From positions 1-31,242 of the forward strand of contig CAJWCX010000001.1 of assembly GCA_913031405.1 (NCBI GenBank): 31,242 nt of DNA, written 5' to 3'. The translations under genes and the position numbers were made by a program. This document shows, one piece after another, positions 8,826 through 17,685 of the stretch. The stretch comes from an uncultured Flavobacteriales bacterium. Lineage in GTDB: Bacteria; Bacteroidota; Bacteroidia; Flavobacteriales_D; Crocinitomicaceae. Positions within the stretch are counted from its first letter, which is position 1. Every line of letters starts with the position of its first letter. The notes below the pieces were generated by a model, which saw only the letters and a list, made by a program, of their open reading frames with translations, did no database searches and was not told the DNA's origin.

Positions 8826-10880
8826 ATGATGAATCAATACCAAAATTACATTCAAGGTAAATGGGTCAGTGGCGATGGCTCTGAAACGAAGCTATATAAT
8901 GCGATTAACGGAGACCTTCTGGGCGAAGTGTCCAGCAAAGGAATTGATTATAAATCTGTGCTTGAGTATGGGAGGTCTATTGGAGGACCCGCTTTGAGAA
9001 AAATGACCTTTCAAGAGCGGGGTCGAATGCTAAAAGCATTGGCTTTTTTCTTACTTGAAAAAAAAGAACGTTACTATGGAGTTAGCGCTTGGACGGGTGC
9101 CACGAAAACAGATTCGTGGATCGATATAGAAGGGGGTATTGGCAACCTATTCGCCAATGCGTCCTTAAGAAAACAATTTCCAGACCTTCCATATTATGTT
9201 GATGGTGTGGCCGCACCCCTCTCAAAAGGAGGAAGCTTTATAGGTCATCACATTATGGTTCCAAAAGAAGGGGTCGCAATTCACATCAATGCCTTTAATT
9301 TCCCGATATGGGGTATGCTAGAAAAAATTGCTGTCAACCTAATGGCAGGTGTTCCGGCCATTGTTAAACCATCTGAGTTCACCTGCTATTTGACCGAAGT
9401 GATGGTTCGTGACATTATTGAATCGAAAATACTTCCTGAAGGGTCCTTACAGCTTGTGTGCGGATTAGGACGCGGTATTATTGATCATGTGGATAGCAGA
9501 GATACAGTGACTTTTACGGGCAGTGCCAATACGGGTAAGGTTCTTAAGGGACTGCCTCAAATCACAGAAAACAGTGTGGCCTTCAATCTTGAAGCGGATT
9601 CATTGAATGCGAGCATTCTTGGAAAGCATGCTGCACCTGGAACAGCAGAATACGACCTGTTTATTAAAGAGTGTGTTAAAGAAATTACGATTAAAGCAGG
9701 TCAAAAATGTACCGCGGTAAGAAGAATTATTGTTCCGGAAAACCTCATCGATGAGGTGGAGTCATCAATTGCTCAAAGACTCGATAAAACAACTATTGGA
9801 GACCCCGCTAAAGAAGGAGTCAGAATGGGTGCTTTAGCTACTAAAATTCAAGTCGATCGTGTCAGGGAAAATGTAGATCTTCTCGCAAAGAGTCAAAAAA
9901 TAGTATTTGGCGATCTTGATGGATTTGAAGTGATCGGTGCAGAAAAGAAACTTGGTGCTTTTTTCTCACCTGTGCTTTTTAGAAACAATGACCCTTTCAA
10001 GAAAACAGACTGTCATGATATTGAGGCTTTTGGTCCCGTTTCAACAATCATGCCTTACAAAGAAATTGAAGATGCCGTTGAATTGGCTAAAATGGGTAAG
10101 GGTTCCCTGGTTTCCTCTATAGTGACTCCCGATAATAAAGAGGCACGAGAATATGTGGTTGGCGCCGCAAGCATGCACGGACGGATTTTGGTCCTTAACA
10201 AAGACTGCGCAAAGGAAAGTACAGGACATGGTTCTCCTATGCCTCTTCTTACACATGGGGGACCAGGACGCGCTGGTGGAGGAGAAGAAATGGGTGGAAA
10301 AAGAGGTGTTTTACATTACCTTCAAAGAACGGCGATTCAAGGGCATCCAACAACCATTACTGAAATTACGCAACAGTTTCAAGTTGGAGCAGAAACTCCG
10401 GAAGCAAATCCACACGTATTTAGAAAACACTTCGAGGAATTAGTCGTCGGAGAAACTGTTTTTACCCATAAACACACTGTCACAGATGCAGACATTGTGA
10501 ATTTTGCAAACGTATCTGGCGACAACTTCTATGCGCACATGGACGCCACATCTTTGGATGGGACAATATTTGAAAAACGAGTAGCACATGGCTATTTTAT
10601 TTTATCCAAAGCAGCGGGATTATTTGTAGATCCTAAAAAAGGACCTGTTCTTTTAAATTATGGGCTGGATGAAGCTCGATTCATCAAGCCGGTTTATCCC
10701 GGGACAACTATCGGAGTTCGATTTACCGTAAAAGAAAAGCTCGACCAAGAAAAACGAAGTGATGATGATATTGCAAAGGGAATTGTTCGATTCTTAGTAG
10801 ATGTCTATGACGAAACTGGGGAAACTGTTGCGCTTGCAACGATTCTAACAATGGTTCGAAAGCTAGATCAAAGTCAATGA
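8826..10880 (+). CDS. paaZ: Phenylacetate degradation bifunctional protein PaaZ (aldehyde dehydrogenase plus MaoC oxepin-CoA hydrolase)
   Basis: ALDH motifs INAFNFP, FTGS, EADSLN, GQKCTA, EAFGP; PaaZ-typical HGSPMP..HGGPGRAGGGEE; C-terminal MaoC SGDNFYAH...AHGYF. Confidence 0.93.
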   Translation: MMNQYQNYIQGKWVSGDGSETKLYNAINGDLLGEVSSKGIDYKSVLEYGRSIGGPALRKMTFQERGRMLKALAFFLLEKKERYYGVSAWTGATKTDSWIDIEGGIGNLFANASLRKQFPDLPYYVDGVAAPLSKGGSFIGHHIMVPKEGVAIHINAFNFPIWGMLEKIAVNLMAGVPAIVKPSEFTCYLTEVMVRDIIESKILPEGSLQLVCGLGRGIIDHVDSRDTVTFTGSANTGKVLKGLPQITENSVAFNLEADSLNASILGKHAAPGTAEYDLFIKECVKEITIKAGQKCTAVRRIIVPENLIDEVESSIAQRLDKTTIGDPAKEGVRMGALATKIQVDRVRENVDLLAKSQKIVFGDLDGFEVIGAEKKLGAFFSPVLFRNNDPFKKTDCHDIEAFGPVSTIMPYKEIEDAVELAKMGKGSLVSSIVTPDNKEAREYVVGAASMHGRILVLNKDCAKESTGHGSPMPLLTHGGPGRAGGGEEMGGKRGVLHYLQRTAIQGHPTTITEITQQFQVGAETPEANPHVFRKHFEELVVGETVFTHKHTVTDADIVNFANVSGDNFYAHMDATSLDGTIFEKRVAHGYFILSKAAGLFVDPKKGPVLLNYGLDEARFIKPVYPGTTIGVRFTVKEKLDQEKRSDDDIAKGIVRFLVDVYDETGETVALATILTMVRKLDQSQ

Positions 10881-11105
10881 ATCGTAAAAGACATTTCGGG
10901 CTACATCAGCTAAGTAAATGTTAAAGATAAATCTTGGTGAAGTATATTTATGAGCTATCGGGATTAGCTCTATGTTGTTAATGAATGGCGAAAAAACCAA
11001 GACCACAAAAATGCCAAGTCAAAAGGGAAACAATGGTACTCGGCTTATCACAACATGCTCGTCAAAATCGATTACTCTTCTGAGCATAATAGTGATGTTA
11101 TATAG
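10881..11105 (+). pseudogene. Decayed antibiotic-biosynthesis-monooxygenase (ABM) family gene, 5'-truncated
   Basis: One frame reads IVKDISGYIS*VNVKDKSW*SIFMSYRD*LYVVNEWRKNQDHKNAKSKGKQWYSAYHNMLVKIDYSSEHNSDVI*. It matches the ABM pattern PGY...ITVSYW.S...W.....H..A...G..WY..Y and has 3 internal stops and no start codon. Confidence 0.65.
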
Positions 11106-11216
11106 TCTTGAATAGAAGAACCCTTCAAGTTGATTCGTGATTAATTTACCTTGAAATAGGTATTGTGATTGAGCAAAGTTCTGTTTTGATTTGCAAAGCC
11201 AAAGTTCGTTTTAAAA

Positions 11217-11945
11217 ATGATCAATACAGAACAAAGTCCATATCATATTGTCAAAGAGTGTGCTTCGACCAGACACGTATTTCAACGTTATGGTTTGTCA
11301 TCAAAAAACAATACCCCTCTTGCTAAAATTGATAAATCCAGTTTTAGCGACTATGACTTTTTCATTGACCTTTTGGAAACCTATGAAAATATTGATGAAA
11401 ACTTTGTTAATATTTTTGAGCATTATCCGTTACCTATTTTAACAGACTATCTGAAACGTTCTCACGACTATTATCTTACCGTTAGACTTCCCCATATTGA
11501 AAAAATGATTGTTGAACAAATCAAACAACATGAGGAACCACATCCCATTCTTGTGGTTTTAAAAGAATTCTTCAAAATGTATCGGGCAGATCTGGAAGAA
11601 CATTTTAAAGAGGAGGAAGAGTCTGTATTTCCATTGGCCAATCATTTATTCAAGCTACAAGAAAACCCTCTAGAACAAAACAGTTTGCATTGGATTGCTA
11701 AAAACAAAAAAGGAGCTCTTGATTTTATTGAAAACCACAAAAACGAAACTTCAGATTTAAAAGAAATAAATTCCGCCTTTTTGGGTTATAATGTTCAAGA
11801 TAAATCATTTACCGGACACGAGCTCATCCTAAAAGAGTTCAATGATTTTCAAAAGGACTTAAAGATTCATGCAAGTATTGAAGATTTCGTTTTCGGTAAA
11901 AAAGTTCACGAGCTACTTCACACCTACCAAAGTCGTTTAAACTAA
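11217..11945 (+). CDS. Hemerythrin-domain di-iron protein (RIC/ScdA/YtfE-related)
   Basis: DYLKRSHDYYL..RLPHI, EEHFKEEE..VFP, KIHASIED give the His/Glu di-iron ligand pattern; weak ScdA-like N-terminus. Confidence 0.75.
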   Translation: MINTEQSPYHIVKECASTRHVFQRYGLSSKNNTPLAKIDKSSFSDYDFFIDLLETYENIDENFVNIFEHYPLPILTDYLKRSHDYYLTVRLPHIEKMIVEQIKQHEEPHPILVVLKEFFKMYRADLEEHFKEEEESVFPLANHLFKLQENPLEQNSLHWIAKNKKGALDFIENHKNETSDLKEINSAFLGYNVQDKSFTGHELILKEFNDFQKDLKIHASIEDFVFGKKVHELLHTYQSRLN

Positions 11946-11959
11946 CATACTTTTAGTTT

Positions 11960-13147
11960 TCAATACAAAAAGTTATTATACGGGTATCTTACTTTAAAAA
12001 TTTCCTTAACCTCTTCATATAGGACTTCTCGCAGTTCCTCCATATTCTCTTTTTTCTGGGCTGAAATAAAGATGGCTTTTTTTGAACCTAATTTTGACAT
12101 CCATGAGTCCTTCAATAAATCCAGTGAACTTATACCACCTGGATCCTCGAGTTCATTTTCGGGTGGCTTATAGGCGTCTATTTTATTAAAAACAACTAGT
12201 GTTGGTTTTTCTGACTTATCAATTTCTGCGAGCGTTTCGTTTACAACCCTAAAATGATCTTCAAAATTAGGATGAGAAATATCAAGAACATGAATTAAAA
12301 TATCCGCTTCTCTCACCTCATCGAGAGTCGACTTAAATGATTCCATAAGCTGTTTGGGAAGCTTTCTTATAAATCCAACCGTATCAGTTAGTAACATGGG
12401 CAGATTTCCCAAAACAACTTTCCTAACAGTCGTGTCAAGGGTGGCGAATAACTTGTTTTCTGCAAAGACCTTGGACTTCGATAGAACATTCATCAAGGTA
12501 CTTTTTCCCACATTCGTATAACCCACAAGTGCGACTCGGACAAGTTGCCCCCTATTTCCACGTTGGGTATTCATCTGCTTATCAATGTCCTTCAGCCTTC
12601 CTTTCATTAAAGAAATCCTTTGTCCAATAATCCGCCGGTCTGTTTCAATTTGAGACTCTCCCGGACCCCTCATGCCTATACCTCCTTTTTGTCTTTCGAG
12701 GTGGGTCCAAAGTCCTGTCAAACGCGGTAACATGTATTGTAATTGAGCCAATTCAACTTGTGTTTTTGCATGAAAAGTCATTGCTCTACTCGCAAAAATG
12801 TCTAGAATCAAAATGGTTCTATCTAAAATTTTACAGCACAATTCACGTTCAATATTTCGAAGCTGCGATGGGGAAAGCTCATCGTCAAAAATAACCAGTT
12901 CAATATGATTTTCGATAATATACTCCTTAATCTCAACCAATTTACCTGAACCCACATATGTTTTTGGATTAGGAACCGGAAGCTTTTGGAGCACCTGTTT
13001 TTTAGTATCAGCTCCGGCTGTATGAGCTAAAAACTCAAGCTCATTGAGGTGTTCAAAGGCCTCTTCTTCTGAGATATTAGAATGTGCGACTCCCACAATG
13101 ATGCAAGCCTCATTTTGTTTCTCTATTTTTAGTTTTGCTTTGGCCAT
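11960..13147 (-). CDS. hflX: Ribosome-splitting GTPase HflX
   Basis: LILDIFA, QVELAQL.Y..PRL, RGPGE, GYTNVGKS, LFATLD, DTVGFI, NKID. Confidence 0.98.
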   Translation of the reverse strand: MAKAKLKIEKQNEACIIVGVAHSNISEEEAFEHLNELEFLAHTAGADTKKQVLQKLPVPNPKTYVGSGKLVEIKEYIIENHIELVIFDDELSPSQLRNIERELCCKILDRTILILDIFASRAMTFHAKTQVELAQLQYMLPRLTGLWTHLERQKGGIGMRGPGESQIETDRRIIGQRISLMKGRLKDIDKQMNTQRGNRGQLVRVALVGYTNVGKSTLMNVLSKSKVFAENKLFATLDTTVRKVVLGNLPMLLTDTVGFIRKLPKQLMESFKSTLDEVREADILIHVLDISHPNFEDHFRVVNETLAEIDKSEKPTLVVFNKIDAYKPPENELEDPGGISSLDLLKDSWMSKLGSKKAIFISAQKKENMEELREVLYEEVKEIFKVRYPYNNFLY

Positions 13148-13170
13148 TTACTTTTTTAAATCCATTTAAC

Positions 13171-13206
13171 TATTAAAATCAGTCAAGCATGCTTGATGAT
13201 TTAATA
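13171..13206. repeat. Imperfect inverted repeat with perfect 14-bp palindromic core (TCAAGCATGCTTGA, 13183-13196) upstream of hflX
   Basis: Direct inspection: TATTAAAATCAG-TCAAGCATGCTTGA-TGATTTAATA. Confidence 0.7.
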
Positions 13207-13254
13207 TTGTCAAAACAGCCCGCATTTGAAAATCAAGTCAGCACAAAACCATGT

Positions 13255-13617
13255 TTAGGCATCTGACTTTTCTCTTTCTTTTCTAGCGTCTATAAAACTT
13301 TTGATAAAATAAACCATAGACAAGGCGGAGGCGACAATCATTACCGAAACCCTAATAGTCGCTTCTGTATCAGATCGGTCAATGGCTCCTTTTAATGGCT
13401 TAAATAGGGCAACAAGTACCACTAGCGTCAACAAAACGGCAACATGGGCAATAACCTTATTTTGTGTTTTTACACCTTGATAACAGAGCAATAATACTAC
13501 GCCAAAAAATAAAGGAATTAAGGCAGTAAAAGATCGGGTATCTGAGCCAAAGTAACCCCAAGCACTCATTGCAATGAGTATAACCGAATTTACTAGAGAG
13601 ATTGTATGTGCTTTCAT
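13255..13617 (-). CDS. Small hypothetical multi-pass membrane protein (TMEM14-like pattern)
   Basis: About 4 hydrophobic segments; GY...S.TALIP motif; 120 aa. Confidence 0.7.
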   Translation of the reverse strand: MKAHTISLVNSVILIAMSAWGYFGSDTRSFTALIPLFFGVVLLLCYQGVKTQNKVIAHVAVLLTLVVLVALFKPLKGAIDRSDTEATIRVSVMIVASALSMVYFIKSFIDARKEREKSDA

Positions 13618-13681
13618 ATGTGTTGTTTTAATTCAAATCTATAAAGATGATTTCAATAATAATGATTTCATCTCTGGATTT

Positions 13682-15478
13682 TTAGTCGTTTAATTTTAAT
13701 ACCGCCAGAAATGCCTCTTGAGGAACCTCTACTTTCCCAACCTGGCGCATCCTCTTCTTTCCTGCCTTTTGCTTTTCTAATAATTTTCTTTTTCGAGTAA
13801 TGTCTCCACCATAACATTTCGCCGTAACATCTTTTCTCAAAGCCTTTATAGTCTCCCTAGCGATTATCTTAGCGCCTATTGCTGCTTGAACAGGTATTTC
13901 GAATTGTTGCCTCGGGATTAGCTCTTTTAACTTTAAACAGATTTTCTTTCCTAGGTCAAAAGCATTGCTTCTATGAACTAGTGCAGAAAGTGCATCAACC
14001 TGCTCACCATTTAGTAACAGGTCCATTTTTATCAAGTCCGAAGTGCGGTATCCTATCGGGTGATAATCAAATGAGGCATACCCTCTTGATACAGATTTTA
14101 ATCGATCATAAAAGTCAAAAACAATCTCAGCCAAGGGCATTTCAAAACTTATTTCAACACGATCCTGTGTTAGGTAGACTTGGTTTTTTAACTCTCCTCT
14201 TTTTTCGATACACAAGGTCATAATAGCCCCTACATATTCGCTTTTCGTGATGACCTGAGCTTTGATGTAGGGCTCCTCTATTCTTTCCATACTTCCTGGG
14301 TCAGGTAATTCAGAGGGATTATTTACGATAATAAGTTCATCGGGGTTTTTCTTTAGATAAGACTTATAAGACACGTTGGGTACCGTAGTAATTACCGTCA
14401 TATTAAACTCGCGCTCTAATCGCTCTTGGATGATCTCCATGTGGAGCATTCCTAGAAAACCACATCGAAAACCAAAACCAAGTGCTGCAGAAGACTCCGG
14501 CTCGAAAACCAATGAGGAATCGTTCAACTGGAGTTTTTCCATAGAATAACGCAATTCTTCATAGTCTTCGGTATCAACAGGATAAATCCCAGCAAAAACC
14601 ATGGGCTTAACATCCTCAAAACCCTTTATTGCTTCCTGGCAAGGGGCTTCAGTAGATGTGATAGTGTCTCCTACCTTTACTTCATTGGCTTGTTTTATTC
14701 CTGAGATAATGTAGCCCACATCCCCCGTTCTCAATTCTTTTTGTGGGACTAAACCCATTTTTAAAATACCAATTTCATCGGCGTTATAATCTCTCTTTGT
14801 GTTGTAAAATCTAATTCGCTGGCCCTTTTTGATGATACCATTCTTAACTCTGAAATAAGCAATAATTCCTCTAAACGGATTAAATACTGAGTCAAAAATC
14901 ATCGCTTGAAGTGGTTCTTGATCGCTTCCTTTTGGAGCTGGCACATTCTTAATCACAGAGTCCAATATCTCCTCGACGCCAAGTCCTGTTTTTCCTGATG
15001 CTCTGATGATTTCCTCTTCTTGACAACCAATCAATTCAACAATCTGATCAGAAACCTCTTCTGGCATGGCTCCAGGGAGATCCATTTTATTCAAGATGGG
15101 TATAATCTGCAGATCATGTTCTAATGCCAGATATAAATTTGATATTGTTTGGGCTTCAATTCCCTGAGAAGCATCTACAATCAAAAGCGCCCCTTCGCAT
15201 GCGGCGATAGATCTAGAAACCTCATAAGAAAAATCAACATGACCAGGGGTATCAATTAGGTTAAGTACATATTCCTGTCCATCACGCTTATAGCTCATTT
15301 GAATGGCGTGACTCTTTATGGTGATTCCTCGCTCCCTTTCGAGTTCCATGTCATCTAGCGCTTGATTTTGCATTTCTCTTTCAGAAATGGTTCCTGTCGT
15401 TTGCAGAAGTCGATCCGCCAAGGTGCTCTTACCGTGATCAATATGGGCAATGATGCAAAAATTGCGAATGTGTTTCAT
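13682..15478 (-). CDS. lepA: Translation elongation factor 4 (LepA)
   Basis: [63 protein letters not shown]. Confidence 0.99.
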   Translation of the reverse strand: MKHIRNFCIIAHIDHGKSTLADRLLQTTGTISEREMQNQALDDMELERERGITIKSHAIQMSYKRDGQEYVLNLIDTPGHVDFSYEVSRSIAACEGALLIVDASQGIEAQTISNLYLALEHDLQIIPILNKMDLPGAMPEEVSDQIVELIGCQEEEIIRASGKTGLGVEEILDSVIKNVPAPKGSDQEPLQAMIFDSVFNPFRGIIAYFRVKNGIIKKGQRIRFYNTKRDYNADEIGILKMGLVPQKELRTGDVGYIISGIKQANEVKVGDTITSTEAPCQEAIKGFEDVKPMVFAGIYPVDTEDYEELRYSMEKLQLNDSSLVFEPESSAALGFGFRCGFLGMLHMEIIQERLEREFNMTVITTVPNVSYKSYLKKNPDELIIVNNPSELPDPGSMERIEEPYIKAQVITKSEYVGAIMTLCIEKRGELKNQVYLTQDRVEISFEMPLAEIVFDFYDRLKSVSRGYASFDYHPIGYRTSDLIKMDLLLNGEQVDALSALVHRSNAFDLGKKICLKLKELIPRQQFEIPVQAAIGAKIIARETIKALRKDVTAKCYGGDITRKRKLLEKQKAGKKRMRQVGKVEVPQEAFLAVLKLND

Positions 15479-15485
15479 GAGTTGT

Positions 15486-15493
15486 CAAAATTA
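15486..15493 (-). promoter_or_regulatory. Bacteroidota -7 element (TAATTTTG) just upstream of lepA
   Basis: Exact TAnnTTTG match ending 7 nt before the ATG, implying a very short leader if used. Confidence 0.4.
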
Positions 15494-15546
15494 CGTTTTA
15501 AATACCAAAATGACTATTTCAAGTTGTGAAATTATTCTCTTATTAT

Positions 15547-16593
15547 TTATACGTCTTTTTTATTAAACCTCATCAGCTGAACCTCTCTGTTCAAGGGCTT
15601 GTCCGACAAGATAAAATGCATCATTTCCTGTGACAAAAGTGGCGCCATTAAGTACCCTTTTGTTCCCAGGCCATTAAAAATATAAAGCCCGTTATGCACT
15701 GGATGTTGTCCCAAAACGGGCCTTCGGTCAAAAACCGTTGGTCTTATACCTGCCACCTGCTTGGAAACCTGATAGCTCCCAGAAAACATGCCCTCTAAAA
15801 TATGGATCAGGTTCTCCATACCCTCTTTGGTAATTCGGGTATCTCTAGCTCCACGTTCAATTGTTGCCCCTACTTTAAATAAATTGGGACCAGTAGGGAG
15901 TAAAAATCCTTTATGATTCCATGTTTCCTTTTCAGTCATGTCACATGAATTGATGGTTAAAAGCTGTCCCTTGGTATGCTGTATCTCAACTCGATTAAAA
16001 TATGGTATCCGGTCCTGATCTGAACCACAACAAAAAACAACTGAATCATACCGCTCATTTTTGTAGGTCAGCTCATAAGGGTTCAATTGGTTCTGATCGA
16101 AAAACTCGTATCTCAAGGATTTGCGGGATAGTAATAAGGTTTGAATTTCCTTCATAAAATAAGCGGCATCCACCCGATAAGCGTTTTTTACAATGCCCGA
16201 CCCCCATTTTTTATCCGAGTTTGAATAAGGCCTTTTGAGATTTTCTGAAGGTGAAAGATAGTTCTGGTATTCAGTGGTTTTTTGTTTTTCATCCCAGTAC
16301 TTTTTTTCCTGTTCGCTCGCAAAAAACCTTCTTATTTTTATCTCTTTGAAAAACTTACACTGAGTAGATCTCTCAAGATCCTGGTAAAACCTAACTGCTT
16401 CCGGTAAAAACTCATCTACCCTCCATGATTTTGTTACTCTTCTGAATACTATTGGGTTGATCATTCCAGCAGCGATTGATGAAGATTTATTCTTTTTATC
16501 ATCAATAAGGCGAACTTGCTCTCCATTCTGAATCAACCTCCAGGCTAAAGAACACCCAGCTATACCACCCCCAATAATTAAATGTCGTTTCAT
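15547..16593 (-). CDS. FAD-dependent oxidoreductase (DAO / glycine oxidase / MnmC-C-terminal-like family)
   Basis: N-terminal GGGIAG dinucleotide-binding motif; SS.IAAGMINP, KGQLL, GIRP, NGLGTKG. Confidence 0.85.
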   Translation of the reverse strand: MKRHLIIGGGIAGCSLAWRLIQNGEQVRLIDDKKNKSSSIAAGMINPIVFRRVTKSWRVDEFLPEAVRFYQDLERSTQCKFFKEIKIRRFFASEQEKKYWDEKQKTTEYQNYLSPSENLKRPYSNSDKKWGSGIVKNAYRVDAAYFMKEIQTLLLSRKSLRYEFFDQNQLNPYELTYKNERYDSVVFCCGSDQDRIPYFNRVEIQHTKGQLLTINSCDMTEKETWNHKGFLLPTGPNLFKVGATIERGARDTRITKEGMENLIHILEGMFSGSYQVSKQVAGIRPTVFDRRPVLGQHPVHNGLYIFNGLGTKGYLMAPLLSQEMMHFILSDKPLNREVQLMRFNKKDV

Positions 16594-16628
16594 ATGTTCC
16601 TTACGAATGAAAATTAATTTGTCTGTCT

Positions 16629-17648
16629 TTATGAGATGGACAATATGAGCTTTAAATGTAAATCTAAAATCTGTCCCATGTTTTTACAATCGGAAAAGCT
16701 TTTTTTATGATACCTCTCCAATTCCTTTCGTAGACGACCTATTTTAACCTTTGTAGATAATTCATCATTACAAAGGCAATGTACTAATTTTTGAAAACGG
16801 TGTTGAGCCGTTTCATATCTCCTTCTAATCAGCACCCTTTCCTCCTGTCGATATTGTTCAACTGTCTCGGGTGTCATAACCTCTGAACAGAAATCCACCA
16901 CCATTATGTTTTCTTTAAAAAACTGTGGTAAGTACATGTTTTTTCGTCCCTCATAACATTGCTGGTCAAAATCAATAGCTCGGACCCTATATTGTTCGTC
17001 TTCAAAATCAGGAGTAATATCCACAACGTAATTGTATGATCTCATATCTCCTAAAAGACGAACAAAGCAACGCTCATTAAACTTTACGAACTCTTTAGCG
17101 ATACGCACTTTATTAAATGACGGTGTTTGGGTATATGAATCCATGAACTTATCTCCGGGAATACCGGGAATATGTTCTTCGATGAGGGTGTCTCCATCTA
17201 CATAGAAGTTAATCCTATTTGGGCTTAAAATATATTCAAGTTCGAGTCCGTAAACCCTTGAGGCATCGGTTTTTTTTACATAGAAATAATCGTAGTTATC
17301 ATTGAACTTGTTGACGATTCTAATTCTAAATGGCTTTGAGTTACCAAAGTGACAATAATCTATTCTATCCACATAAAGGTGCTGCATAAATGACATGTCT
17401 CCATCTGTTTTGAGTAAGGAATAAATGTATGTAAGGCCATCGTTAAATTCCTGAATAGCGTCTACACTGTATATAACTGATTCCCACAAGGTATTATTTC
17501 CATGTTTATCCATTAGAGGAAAGCCATCAGAGTATCTTAAAAGGTCCGCGTAAGATATGGGTAGTTTTTTAACTCTACCTATATCTACTAAGTATCTCTT
17601 TAGCAAGTGACTTACAGGAAAAAACGGTTTCTTTTTCGATATATCCAT
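16629..17648 (-). CDS. Hypothetical protein with atypical-kinase-like motifs
   Basis: Long 339-aa ORF in an operon-like minus-strand run; motifs FYVKK, LLGDMRSYN, AIDFD. CDS is secure; function is inferred. Confidence 0.85.
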   Translation of the reverse strand: MDISKKKPFFPVSHLLKRYLVDIGRVKKLPISYADLLRYSDGFPLMDKHGNNTLWESVIYSVDAIQEFNDGLTYIYSLLKTDGDMSFMQHLYVDRIDYCHFGNSKPFRIRIVNKFNDNYDYFYVKKTDASRVYGLELEYILSPNRINFYVDGDTLIEEHIPGIPGDKFMDSYTQTPSFNKVRIAKEFVKFNERCFVRLLGDMRSYNYVVDITPDFEDEQYRVRAIDFDQQCYEGRKNMYLPQFFKENIMVVDFCSEVMTPETVEQYRQEERVLIRRRYETAQHRFQKLVHCLCNDELSTKVKIGRLRKELERYHKKSFSDCKNMGQILDLHLKLILSIS

Positions 17649-17685
17649 TCTGTTTTTCGTGGTTTTTTATACCTGCTTTTAGGCT

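Noticed and set aside
10981-11115. Short ATG-initiated plus-strand ORFs in the paaZ-hemerythrin gap (MNGEKTK..., MAKKPRP...)
   Set aside because: Alternative frames over the ABM pseudogene; the third frame explains the sequence better
13645-13673. Imperfect hairpin or Fur-box-like AT-rich sequence downstream of lepA
   Set aside because: Poor match to the Fur consensus, weak interrupted stem, no clear U-tract
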